In this document: piece by piece, positions 1 to 9,888 of the stretch | Position numbering within the stretch: the first letter of the stretch is position 1 | Layout of the letters: each line of letters starts with the position of its first letter | DNA from: Patescibacteria group bacterium | GTDB taxonomy: Bacteria > Patescibacteriota > JABMPQ01 > JBFLZX01 | DNA length: 64,000 nucleotides | Assembly: GCA_040756075.1 (NCBI GenBank) | Contig: JBFLZX010000001.1 | Coordinates: forward strand, 28,787 to 92,786 | Direction of reading: 5' to 3' | The notes under the pieces: generated by a model | Database searches by the model: none | What the model saw: only the letters and a program-made list of their open reading frames with translations | What the model was told of the DNA's origin: nothing | Program-made: the position numbers and the translations under genes

Positions 1-1296
1 AATTTTTTTAATTTAGCAGTAAAACAGATTCCTAAGAAACAGTTTATCATATGGTTTGGAATTGCTGTTATATTAAGATTATTATTTTTATATATGACAA
101 TGCATGGGGATTTATTTTTTATTCATTATTATCCTACTAAATTAGGTACGCAAGGGCTTTTTGATATTTATCGGAATGGCAATATCTCAAGTTTGTATTA
201 TCCACCCTTAACTTATTTCTTTATAGGGGTTTATCAATTACTTTTAAAGCCATTTAATCCAGAGTTTTATAACTGGATACAAAATATATTTAATAGCAAT
301 GATGTAAGGGTATGGTTAGTTAATAATGGAATAAGCACAGAGTTTTTTAAGCAAATATTTTTTATGAAATTTCCTGTAGTAGTATTCGATTTCTTGTGTT
401 TTTTTATTATTTTAAGATATCTTGAAAAACCTTGTCATAAAAAAACAGCTTTAAAATTATGGAGCATTAATCCAGTTATTCTATACGGCATCTATGGATT
501 TGGGCAAATAGATATTATACCGGCGTTCTTCGCCGCATTATCTTTATTGTTAATCAAATATAAAAACGAATGGTGGGGATTTTTTTGTTTAAGCGTTGCT
601 GCTTTGTTTAAAACATTTACTATTTTTATGGTGTTGCCATTTTTAATATTATTAACTAGATCAAAAAGAGATTTATTCAAAAAATTACTCGCTTTGATTA
701 TTCCGTTTATTATTGTATTTTTGCCTTTACTTATTTCTAGCAAGGGCAGAATCCTGCGTTCAATATTTTTCGATCCGGGAGATAAATTAATTCCCTGTTT
801 AAGTTATTTGCAGAAATCGATTACCATTATATTTTTTATATTATTATATTATGTTGCTTATAAGCTAAGAGAAAAAGAAAAGAAAGACCATTGGTTATTA
901 ATGTTATCCATAGCTTCATTGATGATCCTCTATAGCGTAGCATTTATACCCGTGCATTATTTTATTTGGATTACTCCATTTCTAATTATAGCAGTTTCTG
1001 ATAATGCCTTTCCCTTAAAATTTTATTGGTTTCTTATTGTCCTTGTATTTTTGTATTGCTTGAATAGCCCAAACACAACTAGCAGGTTATTAATGCCTAT
1101 TAATCCTAAATTTTTTTATAAGTTTCCTAGCTTACCGGATTTAATGCATAAAATGCATATTAAATGGGGGGCTATTATGCTTTCAGCAAGATTGATTTTT
1201 ACGGCAAGCTGTGTATTAATTGCTTTTGAGCTTATTGGTGTAAGTTCAATCATAGAGCGTTTATTTAAAATTAAGATTGGATATAGGAAGGCATAA
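1..1296 (+). CDS. Polytopic membrane protein, putative GT-C-type glycosyltransferase (DUF2029/GT87-like). The 5' end lies outside the window.
   Basis: Frame 1 is open from nt 1 with no stop before the annotated ATG at 94, and the upstream translation (NFFNLAVKQIPKKQFIIWFGIAVILRLLFLY) is hydrophobic. The protein has many predicted TM helices and sits next to a GT2 polyprenyl-P-sugar synthase. Confidence 0.45.
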   Translation, partial: NFFNLAVKQIPKKQFIIWFGIAVILRLLFLYMTMHGDLFFIHYYPTKLGTQGLFDIYRNGNISSLYYPPLTYFFIGVYQLLLKPFNPEFYNWIQNIFNSNDVRVWLVNNGISTEFFKQIFFMKFPVVVFDFLCFFIILRYLEKPCHKKTALKLWSINPVILYGIYGFGQIDIIPAFFAALSLLLIKYKNEWWGFFCLSVAALFKTFTIFMVLPFLILLTRSKRDLFKKLLALIIPFIIVFLPLLISSKGRILRSIFFDPGDKLIPCLSYLQKSITIIFFILLYYVAYKLREKEKKDHWLLMLSIASLMILYSVAFIPVHYFIWITPFLIIAVSDNAFPLKFYWFLIVLVFLYCLNSPNTTSRLLMPINPKFFYKFPSLPDLMHKMHIKWGAIMLSARLIFTASCVLIAFELIGVSSIIERLFKIKIGYRKA

Positions 1297-2034
1297 TTGA
1301 AACTATCAGTTATAATACCAGCGCATAACGAAGAAGATTGTATTGAGAAAACTGTCTTAGACATTTCTGAAGAATTAAAAAAAGAATCTATAGATAACGA
1401 AATAATAATTGTTAATGATAACAGCACTGACAGAACCGTCTCTATAATTAATAATTTAGCTCAAGAGTATAATGATATACGGTTGATTAATAGGCAATCA
1501 CCTAATGGATTCGGCAGGGCAGTTAGAGAAGGGTTAGATAATGCAACCGGAGATGTGATTATAATTGCGATGGGTGATGCTTCAGATGACCCTAGGGATA
1601 TCGTGAAGTATTTTTATAAAATTGAAGAAGGGTATGACTGTGTTTTTGGTTCAAGGTTTATTAAGGGTGCCATGACAAGAGATTATCCATTTCATAAATT
1701 GATTGTAAACCGCATAGCAAATACTTTTTTAAGAATCCTTTTTTTAACCAAACACAATGATTTAACCAATGCTTTTAAAGCTTATCGTAGGGAAGTTATA
1801 GACGCTATTAAGCCGATAGAGTCGCTTTATTTTAATATTACCATAGAACTGCCCCTAAAAGCACTTATAAGAGGCTATTCTATTGCTTCAATGCCGACTA
1901 ATTGGTATGGCCGTAAAAGTGGTGTTTCTAAATTAAAAATTAAGGAAATGGGCAGGCGTTATCTTTATACAACACTATATCTATGGTTACAAAAGACACT
2001 TATTAGGGATGATATAAGGGATAAAAGGAAATGA
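1297..2034 (+). CDS. GT2 glycosyltransferase, DPM1/ArnC-like polyprenyl-phosphate sugar synthase
   Basis: The N-terminus SVIIPAHNEE, followed by IIVNDNSTD and a DxD-type region, matches GT-A fold dolichyl/undecaprenyl-phosphate sugar synthases. A TTG start sits right after the upstream stop. Confidence 0.7.
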   Translation: MKLSVIIPAHNEEDCIEKTVLDISEELKKESIDNEIIIVNDNSTDRTVSIINNLAQEYNDIRLINRQSPNGFGRAVREGLDNATGDVIIIAMGDASDDPRDIVKYFYKIEEGYDCVFGSRFIKGAMTRDYPFHKLIVNRIANTFLRILFLTKHNDLTNAFKAYRREVIDAIKPIESLYFNITIELPLKALIRGYSIASMPTNWYGRKSGVSKLKIKEMGRRYLYTTLYLWLQKTLIRDDIRDKRK

Positions 2035-3428
2035 ATATTATTTTGATTAGTCCTTCGCAAGGGGATGTCTATGGTAATTTCCAACCGCCTTATCATCCGT
2101 CGATAGGTTTAGGTTATATTGGGGCTGTTTTGGAGAAACAAGGCCATAATGTTAAGATAATTGATATTGATGCCGATAGAGTTACAGAAGACGATTTAAG
2201 AAAAAGAATAGTTGAGGATAAAATAGATTTAGCAGGGATTATGGTTTTAACTCCGATATTTACCAATGCCGTTAGAACCGCGCATATAATAAAAAAGTGT
2301 TCTAACGTTAAGGTTGTATTTGGGGGGATGCATCCGACTATTATGCCTCAAGATTGCTTAAAGATTAAAGATGTGGATTTTGTTGTCATTGGTGAAGGCG
2401 AGCAAACAATTTTAGAGCTAATTAATCAAATTCAGGGAGAGGGAAAATTCAAAGACGTTAAAGGCGTTGGTTTTAAGAAAGACGAAAAGATAATAATTAA
2501 TGAAAATAGACCATTAATCGAGGATTTGGATTCATTACCTTTTCCGGCAATGCGTTTATTTAATAATATAAAATATACTTACCCAGATGCAATTGCAAGC
2601 CCTACATTTCCGATTGTTACAAGTCGTGGTTGCCCTGGAACATGTACATATTGTAGTGCGCAAAGTATGTTTGGCAGGAAATTTCGGGCTCGTAGTGCGG
2701 TAAATATTGTTGATGAAATCGAAAAATTGATAAAAGATTTTGGTGTTAAAGAAGTGCATATTTGGGATGATAATTTCGTAACCATAAAAGAAAGAGTTTT
2801 AAAAGTAAGAGATGAAATTAAAAAGAGAGCTATTTTTATTAAGTTTGCATTTCCTAATGGGGTTAGGGCAGATTTTTTGGATAAAGATGTGATTGGCGCT
2901 CTCAAAGAAATGGGGACATATAGCATAGGCCTTGGTATAGAATCTGGGAATAACGAGATTTTACGGCGAGTCAAAAAAAACATTAATTTAGATAAGATTA
3001 AAGATGCTGTTAAGCTTGCGAAAAAATCAGGTATTGAGGTTTGGGGGTTTTTTATGCTTGGCCTTCCCGGTGAAACAAAAGAAACCGTCAATAATACTAT
3101 AAAATTTGCTATTGATTTAGATCCTGATATCGCAAAATTTCATATTTTAAAGCCTTATCCTGGGACGGAAGTTTTTAAAGAATTCGTAAATAATAATTTA
3201 ATTGATGATTTTGATTTTTCTCATTATGGTATCCATACAGGGCCGGTACACCATCTTAAAAATTTAGCCGTAGAGGAAATGAATTATCTTCAGCGCAGTG
3301 CTTATAAAAAATTTTATTTTAGGCCTTCAAAAATAATTAATCAAATAATAAGATTAAAATCATTCACTAGAATAAAATTAAATATAAAAGTATCGCTATC
3401 TGTTATAAGGAAAGCATTTACTAAATAA
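2031..3428 (+). CDS. B12-binding radical SAM protein (class B radical SAM, likely methyltransferase or related)
   Basis: The N-terminal roughly 150 aa are cobalamin-binding-like. The radical SAM cluster motif is RGCPGTCTYCS (CxxxCxxC). There is an ATGA overlap with the upstream gene. Confidence 0.75.
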   Translation: MNIILISPSQGDVYGNFQPPYHPSIGLGYIGAVLEKQGHNVKIIDIDADRVTEDDLRKRIVEDKIDLAGIMVLTPIFTNAVRTAHIIKKCSNVKVVFGGMHPTIMPQDCLKIKDVDFVVIGEGEQTILELINQIQGEGKFKDVKGVGFKKDEKIIINENRPLIEDLDSLPFPAMRLFNNIKYTYPDAIASPTFPIVTSRGCPGTCTYCSAQSMFGRKFRARSAVNIVDEIEKLIKDFGVKEVHIWDDNFVTIKERVLKVRDEIKKRAIFIKFAFPNGVRADFLDKDVIGALKEMGTYSIGLGIESGNNEILRRVKKNINLDKIKDAVKLAKKSGIEVWGFFMLGLPGETKETVNNTIKFAIDLDPDIAKFHILKPYPGTEVFKEFVNNNLIDDFDFSHYGIHTGPVHHLKNLAVEEMNYLQRSAYKKFYFRPSKIINQIIRLKSFTRIKLNIKVSLSVIRKAFTK

Positions 3429-3489
3429 TTATTTATTAATCCTAAACACTCAAGATGTCTCAAAATTTTTTATTCATGAATTTTAAAGA

Positions 3490-5007
3490 ATGAAGCATAC
3501 TTTGTTTACTTTATTTTTATTATCTTTTTTGCTTGGGATTATTCTGCGCATGATAAATATTAATCAACCATTGTTGGAATATAATACTACCAGGCAAGCC
3601 CAAACCGCTATGATAACTAAGAATTATATTTTAAATAAACTTCATTTTCTATATCCTACTATTTACAATTATTCCGGTGAGAATCCCACTTATCTTATGC
3701 AGGAATTCCCATTAATTACTGCCCCAGTTGCTATCGCATGCTATTTAATAGGTACAATCCCTGATTGGCTTCTTAGAATCCCTAGCTTGTTTTCATTTAT
3801 AATGGCTACATTTTTTTTATTTAAATTGGTAGAGTTATGTTGGAATCGAAAATTAGCAGTAATTTCTTCTTGTATTTTTATTTTTAGCCCTCTATCTATA
3901 TTAATGAGTAGAACATTTCAACCAGAAATGCCAATGCTATTTTTTCTATTAATGATGTTTTATTTCTTATGGAAATGGGTTTACGATGACAATATTTATA
4001 GTCTTATTTTTTCAGCATTCAGTTTTATGTGCTGCATTCTTTTGAAAGTAACGAATCTTTATTTGTTGCTGCCAATTTTATATATTATCTTATCAAATAA
4101 GAAAAAAATAGATTATCGCCTATTTAATTTTATAGTAGCATTTGTTTTAGCTTTTTTACCTGTATTATGGTGGTATGGTTATCATTGCCCAAAGATACGG
4201 CATTTGTTCCCAAACCAATACGATGTTATCTTTAATATTCACTATCAGACTATTTTTACTAAAAAATATCTAACAAATTTCAATTTTTATTTAAGGTTAA
4301 TTGTTCATATAATCAGGACAGCTTTTACTCCTTTAGTTTCCATTGCATTTATAATCGGATTATTAATTCGCCATAGGACTAATGAAGAAAAATTTTTATT
4401 TTTTTGGCTCTGCGGGGTAATTATTTTTTTATTATCTTTTCCTTCGGTAACGGACCATGAATATTATAAATTAGTAATTGTTCCAATAGGCGCCATATAC
4501 GCGGCTAGAGGCGTAAGTATCTTTTTAAATAAAAATAAAAATTATTTTAAATTAATAATAATTTATTCTAGTATACTTAGTTTTATTTTCTCGCTTAGGA
4601 TAGTTTATCCGTATCTTATAAATAAGGCTTATTTTAAAAATACCTTGCTTGCTGGAAAAGTTATAGATGAGGTTTCTTTTAAAGATGATTTGATTGTTGT
4701 TGCGCATGAATCCGGATCCGGATTGCTTTATTATTGCAATAGGAGAGGGTGGGGATTGAAAATTCCTGCGATTATTAAAAAGCGATGGGATAAAGATGCT
4801 TCTCCTAAGAATTTAGATGAACAAAACTATGAAGCTATTACTTCGTTAGAAGATTATCGGAGAAAAAATGCAAAGTATTTCGTTACCGTAGACATGGAAA
4901 AATTTAATAAAAGCCATAAATTCAGAGAATACATGTTTAAAAATTATATTTTATTAAGACATGAACCAGACAAATATATTATTTTTAAATTAGAAAACAA
5001 GAGGTAA
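3490..5007 (+). CDS. Polytopic membrane glycosyltransferase, GT-C fold (GT39/ArnT/PMT_2-like)
   Basis: About 11 TM helices with a C-terminal soluble domain. The architecture resembles 4-amino-4-deoxy-L-arabinose transferase and protein O-mannosyltransferase family members. Confidence 0.5.
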   Translation: MKHTLFTLFLLSFLLGIILRMININQPLLEYNTTRQAQTAMITKNYILNKLHFLYPTIYNYSGENPTYLMQEFPLITAPVAIACYLIGTIPDWLLRIPSLFSFIMATFFLFKLVELCWNRKLAVISSCIFIFSPLSILMSRTFQPEMPMLFFLLMMFYFLWKWVYDDNIYSLIFSAFSFMCCILLKVTNLYLLLPILYIILSNKKKIDYRLFNFIVAFVLAFLPVLWWYGYHCPKIRHLFPNQYDVIFNIHYQTIFTKKYLTNFNFYLRLIVHIIRTAFTPLVSIAFIIGLLIRHRTNEEKFLFFWLCGVIIFLLSFPSVTDHEYYKLVIVPIGAIYAARGVSIFLNKNKNYFKLIIIYSSILSFIFSLRIVYPYLINKAYFKNTLLAGKVIDEVSFKDDLIVVAHESGSGLLYYCNRRGWGLKIPAIIKKRWDKDASPKNLDEQNYEAITSLEDYRRKNAKYFVTVDMEKFNKSHKFREYMFKNYILLRHEPDKYIIFKLENKR

Positions 5008-5702
5008 TGATGCAATTAAGCCAAGAGAAGATGGTTGGGCGTTTAGGTAGATTCTTAGGCGATGTGCAGAGAATCCAGAACGAGGATATAATTAAACAAA
5101 TATCAGGAAATACTGTATTAGATGTTGGTTGTGGATATGGCGTTTTAACTAAACAATTAGCAGAAAAAAATAAATATAAATTGTTATTAGGAATAGACAG
5201 TGATACATTAGCTATAAATATAGCACGCAATTTATATAAAGATATTAATTTTAAAGAAATTGATTTATATGCTTTAAACCCTCTGCATAATAAATTTGAA
5301 ACCATAATTTTTCGTGAATCAATTCATCATTTAAATGTTGATAAGGCTTTATCATTCGCTAGGCAGATTTGTTCTAAAGAAATTATAATATTTGATCCAA
5401 ATCCTAATTTACTTCTTCGAATGTGTAGATATTTAATTGCGCACAAGGATGATGAAGCAAGATTAGGCGATATTATCACAAGTTGTAATAAAAACCATCT
5501 TAAAATAGAATCTATCAAATACAACAGTATCCTGGCCTTTCCTTTTTCTGGTGGATTTGTCGGAAAAGAAATATGCCCAAATATAAAATTTATTAAGAGG
5601 TCGATAATTTACATAGATTCTGTTTTAGTTAAATTCTTGCATTTCTTAGGTATTGATAGATATTTTTGTTGGCGTTATTTGGTAAAAATAAATATAAATT
5701 AA
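5007..5702 (+). CDS. Class I SAM-dependent methyltransferase
   Basis: SAM-binding motif I is VLDVGCGYGVLT, with an acidic residue at the end of beta2 (GIDSD). Confidence 0.7.
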   Translation: MMQLSQEKMVGRLGRFLGDVQRIQNEDIIKQISGNTVLDVGCGYGVLTKQLAEKNKYKLLLGIDSDTLAINIARNLYKDINFKEIDLYALNPLHNKFETIIFRESIHHLNVDKALSFARQICSKEIIIFDPNPNLLLRMCRYLIAHKDDEARLGDIITSCNKNHLKIESIKYNSILAFPFSGGFVGKEICPNIKFIKRSIIYIDSVLVKFLHFLGIDRYFCWRYLVKININ

Positions 5703-5716
5703 TATTAATAATTAAA

Positions 5717-6424
5717 ATGTTTTTATCGGTTATTATTCCCGCATTTAATGAAGAAAAGAGGCTAAAACAAACTCTTTGCCAGATATCTTCGTATCTTATT
5801 AAGGGGTATAAAGATTCTGAAATTATTATTGTTGACGATGGCTCTAATGATTGTACGTTTTTAGTAGCGAATGACTTTTCAAAAAATACCAATTTACCAG
5901 TAAAGGTATTAAAAAATATTATAAATTTAGGCAAAGGCGCTAGTGTGAAAAATGGTATACTTGTATCTTGCGGCGATTTTGTTCTTTTTAGTGACGCGGA
6001 TTTATCTACGCCGATAGAAGAATTGGATAAGCTCTTTAACTATATTAAAGATGGTTACGATATCATTATAGGTTCGCGAAGCAAAGAGGATTCAAGCGTT
6101 CAAATACATCAACCATGGTACAGGAAAAAGATGGGGAAAATATTTAATTTTCTTGTAAAATTATTATTATTAAAAGACTTTAATGATACTCAATGTGGTT
6201 TTAAGCTTTTTAAAGGTGATATCGCCAGGAAAATTGCAGGACTTATGCATATTAATGGATTTTGCTTTGATGTAGAGATGCTATATATTGCCCAAAAAAA
6301 TGGTTATAAAATAAAAGAGATAGGTGTTATTTGGAAAAATTCATCCCAAAGTAGAGTAGAAATATTAAATAGTTCATTAAGGATGTTTTTTGATCTTCTT
6401 AAGATTAAAAGGTTGCATATATAA
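5717..6424 (+). CDS. GT2 glycosyltransferase, CsbB/DPM1-like polyprenyl-phosphate sugar synthase
   Basis: MFLSVIIPAFNEEKRL, IIIVDDGSNDCT and DADLSTP motifs. I prefer the internal ATG at 5717 over the track start at 5666, because 5717 gives the canonical N-terminus and removes the overlap. Confidence 0.7.
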   Translation: MFLSVIIPAFNEEKRLKQTLCQISSYLIKGYKDSEIIIVDDGSNDCTFLVANDFSKNTNLPVKVLKNIINLGKGASVKNGILVSCGDFVLFSDADLSTPIEELDKLFNYIKDGYDIIIGSRSKEDSSVQIHQPWYRKKMGKIFNFLVKLLLLKDFNDTQCGFKLFKGDIARKIAGLMHINGFCFDVEMLYIAQKNGYKIKEIGVIWKNSSQSRVEILNSSLRMFFDLLKIKRLHI

Positions 6425-6467
6425 TAAATTTTTTATTACCCACAGACAGAAATTTTTAATTAATAAA

Positions 6468-8732
6468 ATGAGTACAATAAAAGATAATATATTATTTTTA
6501 TTCCTATTTTTTTTACTTACCTGTTTATTTTTCTGGAAAGTTTTTACATTACAGATGACATTTTTAACAGGTGATTATCTCCAGCAGTTTTTTCCTTGGA
6601 TGAATTTTTATGCCATGTCTATTAAAAATTTTAATATACCATTGTGGACAAAGCATATTCAATCTGGTTTTCCGTTGTTTGCAGAAGGCCAGTCAGGGAT
6701 GCTCTATCCGTTAAACGTTATCTTTTTTTATTTACTGCCTTTTAAAGTAGCCTATAATTATTCTTTTTTATTTCATTTTATTTTAGCCGGATTTTTTATG
6801 TATTTATATGTAAAGAAGATGGGTTCTAAAAAAAGCGGAGCATTTCTTGCAGCTATTATTTTATGCTTTGGTAGTGTGTATGCAGGGTCATTTATTAATA
6901 TCAATGCTCTAAAAACGCTATGTTTTTTTCCTGCAATTCTTTTTATTTTTGAGAATTATTTTAGTTATTATAAAAATATAAAATTATTTTTACTCATTGG
7001 GATTATTTGGGGAATACAGCTTTTATGTGGGTCTATTCAAATGGCATTCTACAGTATAGCACTCTGTTTATCCTATTTTTTTCTTAAGGCTTATTTGTTT
7101 AATCGATCAACCCTAAGGTATATTTTTATTTATTCTTTATTGGCAGGAATAATAGCGTTATTAATAGCCATGCCTCAACTTTATGCTACTCTTGAACTTA
7201 CAAAATATTCTATTAGATCTCATCAGACAATAGAATTTGCTTTATGGAATTCATTTTCACCGTTAGCTCTAACCGGTTTAATTTTTCCAATATTAGGATC
7301 TTTATTTATAAGGAACAATGTTGTATATATAAGCCTTATTGGATTTTTCTTTTTTATAGCGGCAGTTTTAAATTTTAAAAGAGATAAAATTATCAAATTT
7401 GTTGTTTTGTTGCTCTTGCTTGTTTTTTTCTTTGCTTTAGGCAAATACAATCCATTCTGTATTTTATTCTTTAAGTTAACAAGGATTTATTCTTTTAGAG
7501 GCCCATCAAAATTAATATATTTTATTGTTTTCTTTTCAGCGATATTAGTTGCTAAAGGTTTTACTTATTATTTCGATAGTAATTTAAGTAATTTATCTGA
7601 AAAAGTATATAAGATTTTTTCTGTTGCATTACTGATTGTGGCTGTTGTATTTTTATCACTAAAATTATTAGTTACAAAATATAGCCAAGAATTGTTAGTA
7701 ATACTAAAGAGATTTGTCGCTTATAATATTTACGGAAAATCTTTTCATCGTTATAGCTTACCTTTTTATTTAGAAAAAGTAGAGAGCAAGTTTATGGTTG
7801 TAAAAGAGAAGCTTCTTCTATCTTTCCCCTTTACTTTCTATGGAATTTGTATTATTTTTTGCATATTTATTTTCACATTTGTATTAACAAGATATGGCAA
7901 GAAGAATTTTTTAAAGTTTATGAGTATAGGGTTTATAGTTATTGATCTTTTTATATATAGTAATTTTTTTGAAGGACCGAGAACAAGCTTGAGTACGTTT
8001 GAAGCAATCAATATTAAGCAGCCCAAAATTTATAATATTTTGAAAAAAGATAAATCTATTTATCGTATATGCCCTTTTAGCATAGAAAAAAAACTGCCTG
8101 TTTGGGCATCATTTAATGCAAATATGATTTATGATTTAGATAGTATCGGTCTTTATAGCCCTCTTTCAAACGAAGATTATTTTTCAAAAGTAAGCATTCT
8201 TGGCGTTGTAGATGATTCTCTGGGTATTATCTCTCCTGGCGAGGCTGCCGTAGGAGCCAATAAAAAATTATTAGAACATCTTAATGTTAAATATATAGCC
8301 TCTTCAAAAAGGCTTAAGGATGATGATTTTGAAGAAATGTTAGAAGAAGAGGGGATTTATCTCTATAAGTTAAGTAATTTTAAGCCAAGATTCATATTTT
8401 CTGCTTCATTGGATGATATTAATAAGAAGCAAGGAAGTGTAGATATTATTGAATATAATTCCGGCACTGCTAAAATTTTAATTAATGCTTATAGCGATGG
8501 TTATTTAATATTTTCTGAAAAATTTTATCCTGGCTGGAAAGTGTTTATTGATGGCGCGAAAGAAGAAATAATAAAAGTCAATGATATTTTAATGGGTACC
8601 AAAATAAATAAAGGAAGACATTCTGTTTTATTTAGTTTTAAGCCCGACTATTTCTACCCTATGTTATTTTTCTCCCTAGCGATTTTATTTTTAATTTCTA
8701 TCATTATCTGTTATGACAGAAAAAAAATATAG
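6468..8732 (+). CDS. Large polytopic membrane protein, YfhO-like GT-C glycosyltransferase
   Basis: The protein is about 750 aa, with at least 12 TM helices and a C-terminal extracytoplasmic domain. It sits immediately downstream of a CsbB-like GT2, which is the csbB-yfhO arrangement known from Firmicutes. The start is taken at the internal ATG MSTIKDN at 6468. Confidence 0.5.
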   Translation: MSTIKDNILFLFLFFLLTCLFFWKVFTLQMTFLTGDYLQQFFPWMNFYAMSIKNFNIPLWTKHIQSGFPLFAEGQSGMLYPLNVIFFYLLPFKVAYNYSFLFHFILAGFFMYLYVKKMGSKKSGAFLAAIILCFGSVYAGSFININALKTLCFFPAILFIFENYFSYYKNIKLFLLIGIIWGIQLLCGSIQMAFYSIALCLSYFFLKAYLFNRSTLRYIFIYSLLAGIIALLIAMPQLYATLELTKYSIRSHQTIEFALWNSFSPLALTGLIFPILGSLFIRNNVVYISLIGFFFFIAAVLNFKRDKIIKFVVLLLLLVFFFALGKYNPFCILFFKLTRIYSFRGPSKLIYFIVFFSAILVAKGFTYYFDSNLSNLSEKVYKIFSVALLIVAVVFLSLKLLVTKYSQELLVILKRFVAYNIYGKSFHRYSLPFYLEKVESKFMVVKEKLLLSFPFTFYGICIIFCIFIFTFVLTRYGKKNFLKFMSIGFIVIDLFIYSNFFEGPRTSLSTFEAINIKQPKIYNILKKDKSIYRICPFSIEKKLPVWASFNANMIYDLDSIGLYSPLSNEDYFSKVSILGVVDDSLGIISPGEAAVGANKKLLEHLNVKYIASSKRLKDDDFEEMLEEEGIYLYKLSNFKPRFIFSASLDDINKKQGSVDIIEYNSGTAKILINAYSDGYLIFSEKFYPGWKVFIDGAKEEIIKVNDILMGTKINKGRHSVLFSFKPDYFYPMLFFSLAILFLISIIICYDRKKI

Positions 8733-9837
8733 TTTTAAAAAAATACTGGCCAGAATTATTATTGTTATCATTATTTTTTTTATTTTTACGGGATTTTTAT
8801 TTATTATTTCTGAGTTCTCTTATAGGTTGTTTAAGGTGATAAAGCTTGTATTTGAGAAGACATATAGTGTTAAAAATCAGGCCTGGAGAGAATATGATCC
8901 ATTGCTCGGTTGGATTAATAAGCCAAGTACCGATATTTCTATTGATCTTGGGGAAGGAAAAAAGCACGTCTTCATTGATTCCTATGGCTTTCGGAATACA
9001 CCAAAAAATCATGTTTATTACAGGGATTTAAGATATGATAAAATAATTGCTTTGGGAGATTCATTCACTTTTGGCTATGGGGTTAATAATGATGAAACTT
9101 GGCCATTTTATTTAGAGAAACAACTTAGAGCAAAGGATAGAAAAGTTCAAGTTATAAATATGGGTTGCACTGCTTATGGATTAGACCAAGAGTTTCTATG
9201 GTTTAGGCGAGATGGGCTTAAGTTCAAAAGTAAGATTGTTATTCTTGGATTACTTGATATTAGTTTTTCAAGAGCTACATTATCTCGCTGGATACAAGGT
9301 GAGAATAAGCCTAAATTTAAGATTTCTAATGGTAAATTAATACTTGCTAATATTCCCGTGCCAAAACCAAGCAGAGTCGGATCTATACGGATTTCAAAAT
9401 CTGATATTCCTGATATATTATTTAATTGGAGGGGAAGTTATATTATGTCTTTTTTACGAGATAGATTTTATCGCCTTAATTTATTATTCATGAAAAAACT
9501 TCCTGAATGCTCCGAATCTTTTTATCTAGGAAAAGCACTGCTTAGAGAATTAAATTTACTTTGTAATCAAAATAATATTAAATTAATAATTCTATTAATT
9601 CCTAAAAGAGAATGGGAGAATAATTTACCTGCTATTTATTATTCTATGAAGGATTTGAAAAACGAACTTAGTATTGATATAATTGATACTATTGAGTTAT
9701 TCAATGCAGATAATTTAAAATGGCAATATTTATATGATGGCAGTGGCCATTTTTCTGCCGAAGGCAATAAAATTGTAGCAAATTATGTTTATGAATATTT
9801 AGCGAAGAATAATTTTTTTGCTTTATATGCTAATTAA
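8713..9837 (+). CDS. SGNH/GDSL-family hydrolase with an N-terminal membrane anchor (putative glycan O-acetylesterase/acyltransferase)
   Basis: An N-terminal TM helix, then SGNH block I (IIALGDSFTFGYGV) and a further GxND-like block. Confidence 0.65.
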   Translation: MTEKKYSFKKILARIIIVIIIFFIFTGFLFIISEFSYRLFKVIKLVFEKTYSVKNQAWREYDPLLGWINKPSTDISIDLGEGKKHVFIDSYGFRNTPKNHVYYRDLRYDKIIALGDSFTFGYGVNNDETWPFYLEKQLRAKDRKVQVINMGCTAYGLDQEFLWFRRDGLKFKSKIVILGLLDISFSRATLSRWIQGENKPKFKISNGKLILANIPVPKPSRVGSIRISKSDIPDILFNWRGSYIMSFLRDRFYRLNLLFMKKLPECSESFYLGKALLRELNLLCNQNNIKLIILLIPKREWENNLPAIYYSMKDLKNELSIDIIDTIELFNADNLKWQYLYDGSGHFSAEGNKIVANYVYEYLAKNNFFALYAN

Positions 9838-9888
9838 TATTCTATAAAATATTAATAATTTTAATCAGCATAGTTATTAGGAGGCACA

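Noticed and set aside
2579-3091. 170 aa minus-strand ORF, and all the other minus-strand ORFs in the track (for example 492..743, 1116..1427, 25459..25875, 29947..30300, 38357..38719, 44138..44527)
   Set aside because: Each one is nested entirely inside a well-supported + strand gene with clear family motifs. They are low-complexity, have no RBS or family signature, and look like shadow ORFs of an AT-rich genome.
5666-5716. Track start at 5666 for the GT2 gene (MLALFGKNKYK...)
   Set aside because: The internal ATG at 5717 gives the canonical GT2 N-terminus (M-x-x-SVIIPA-NEE) and avoids a 37-nt overlap with the upstream methyltransferase.
6390-6467. Track start at 6390 for the YfhO-like gene
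   Set aside because: The first 26 residues overlap the end of the upstream GT2 gene and are not hydrophobic. The ATG at 6468 begins a typical signal/TM segment. The true start cannot be settled without alignment.
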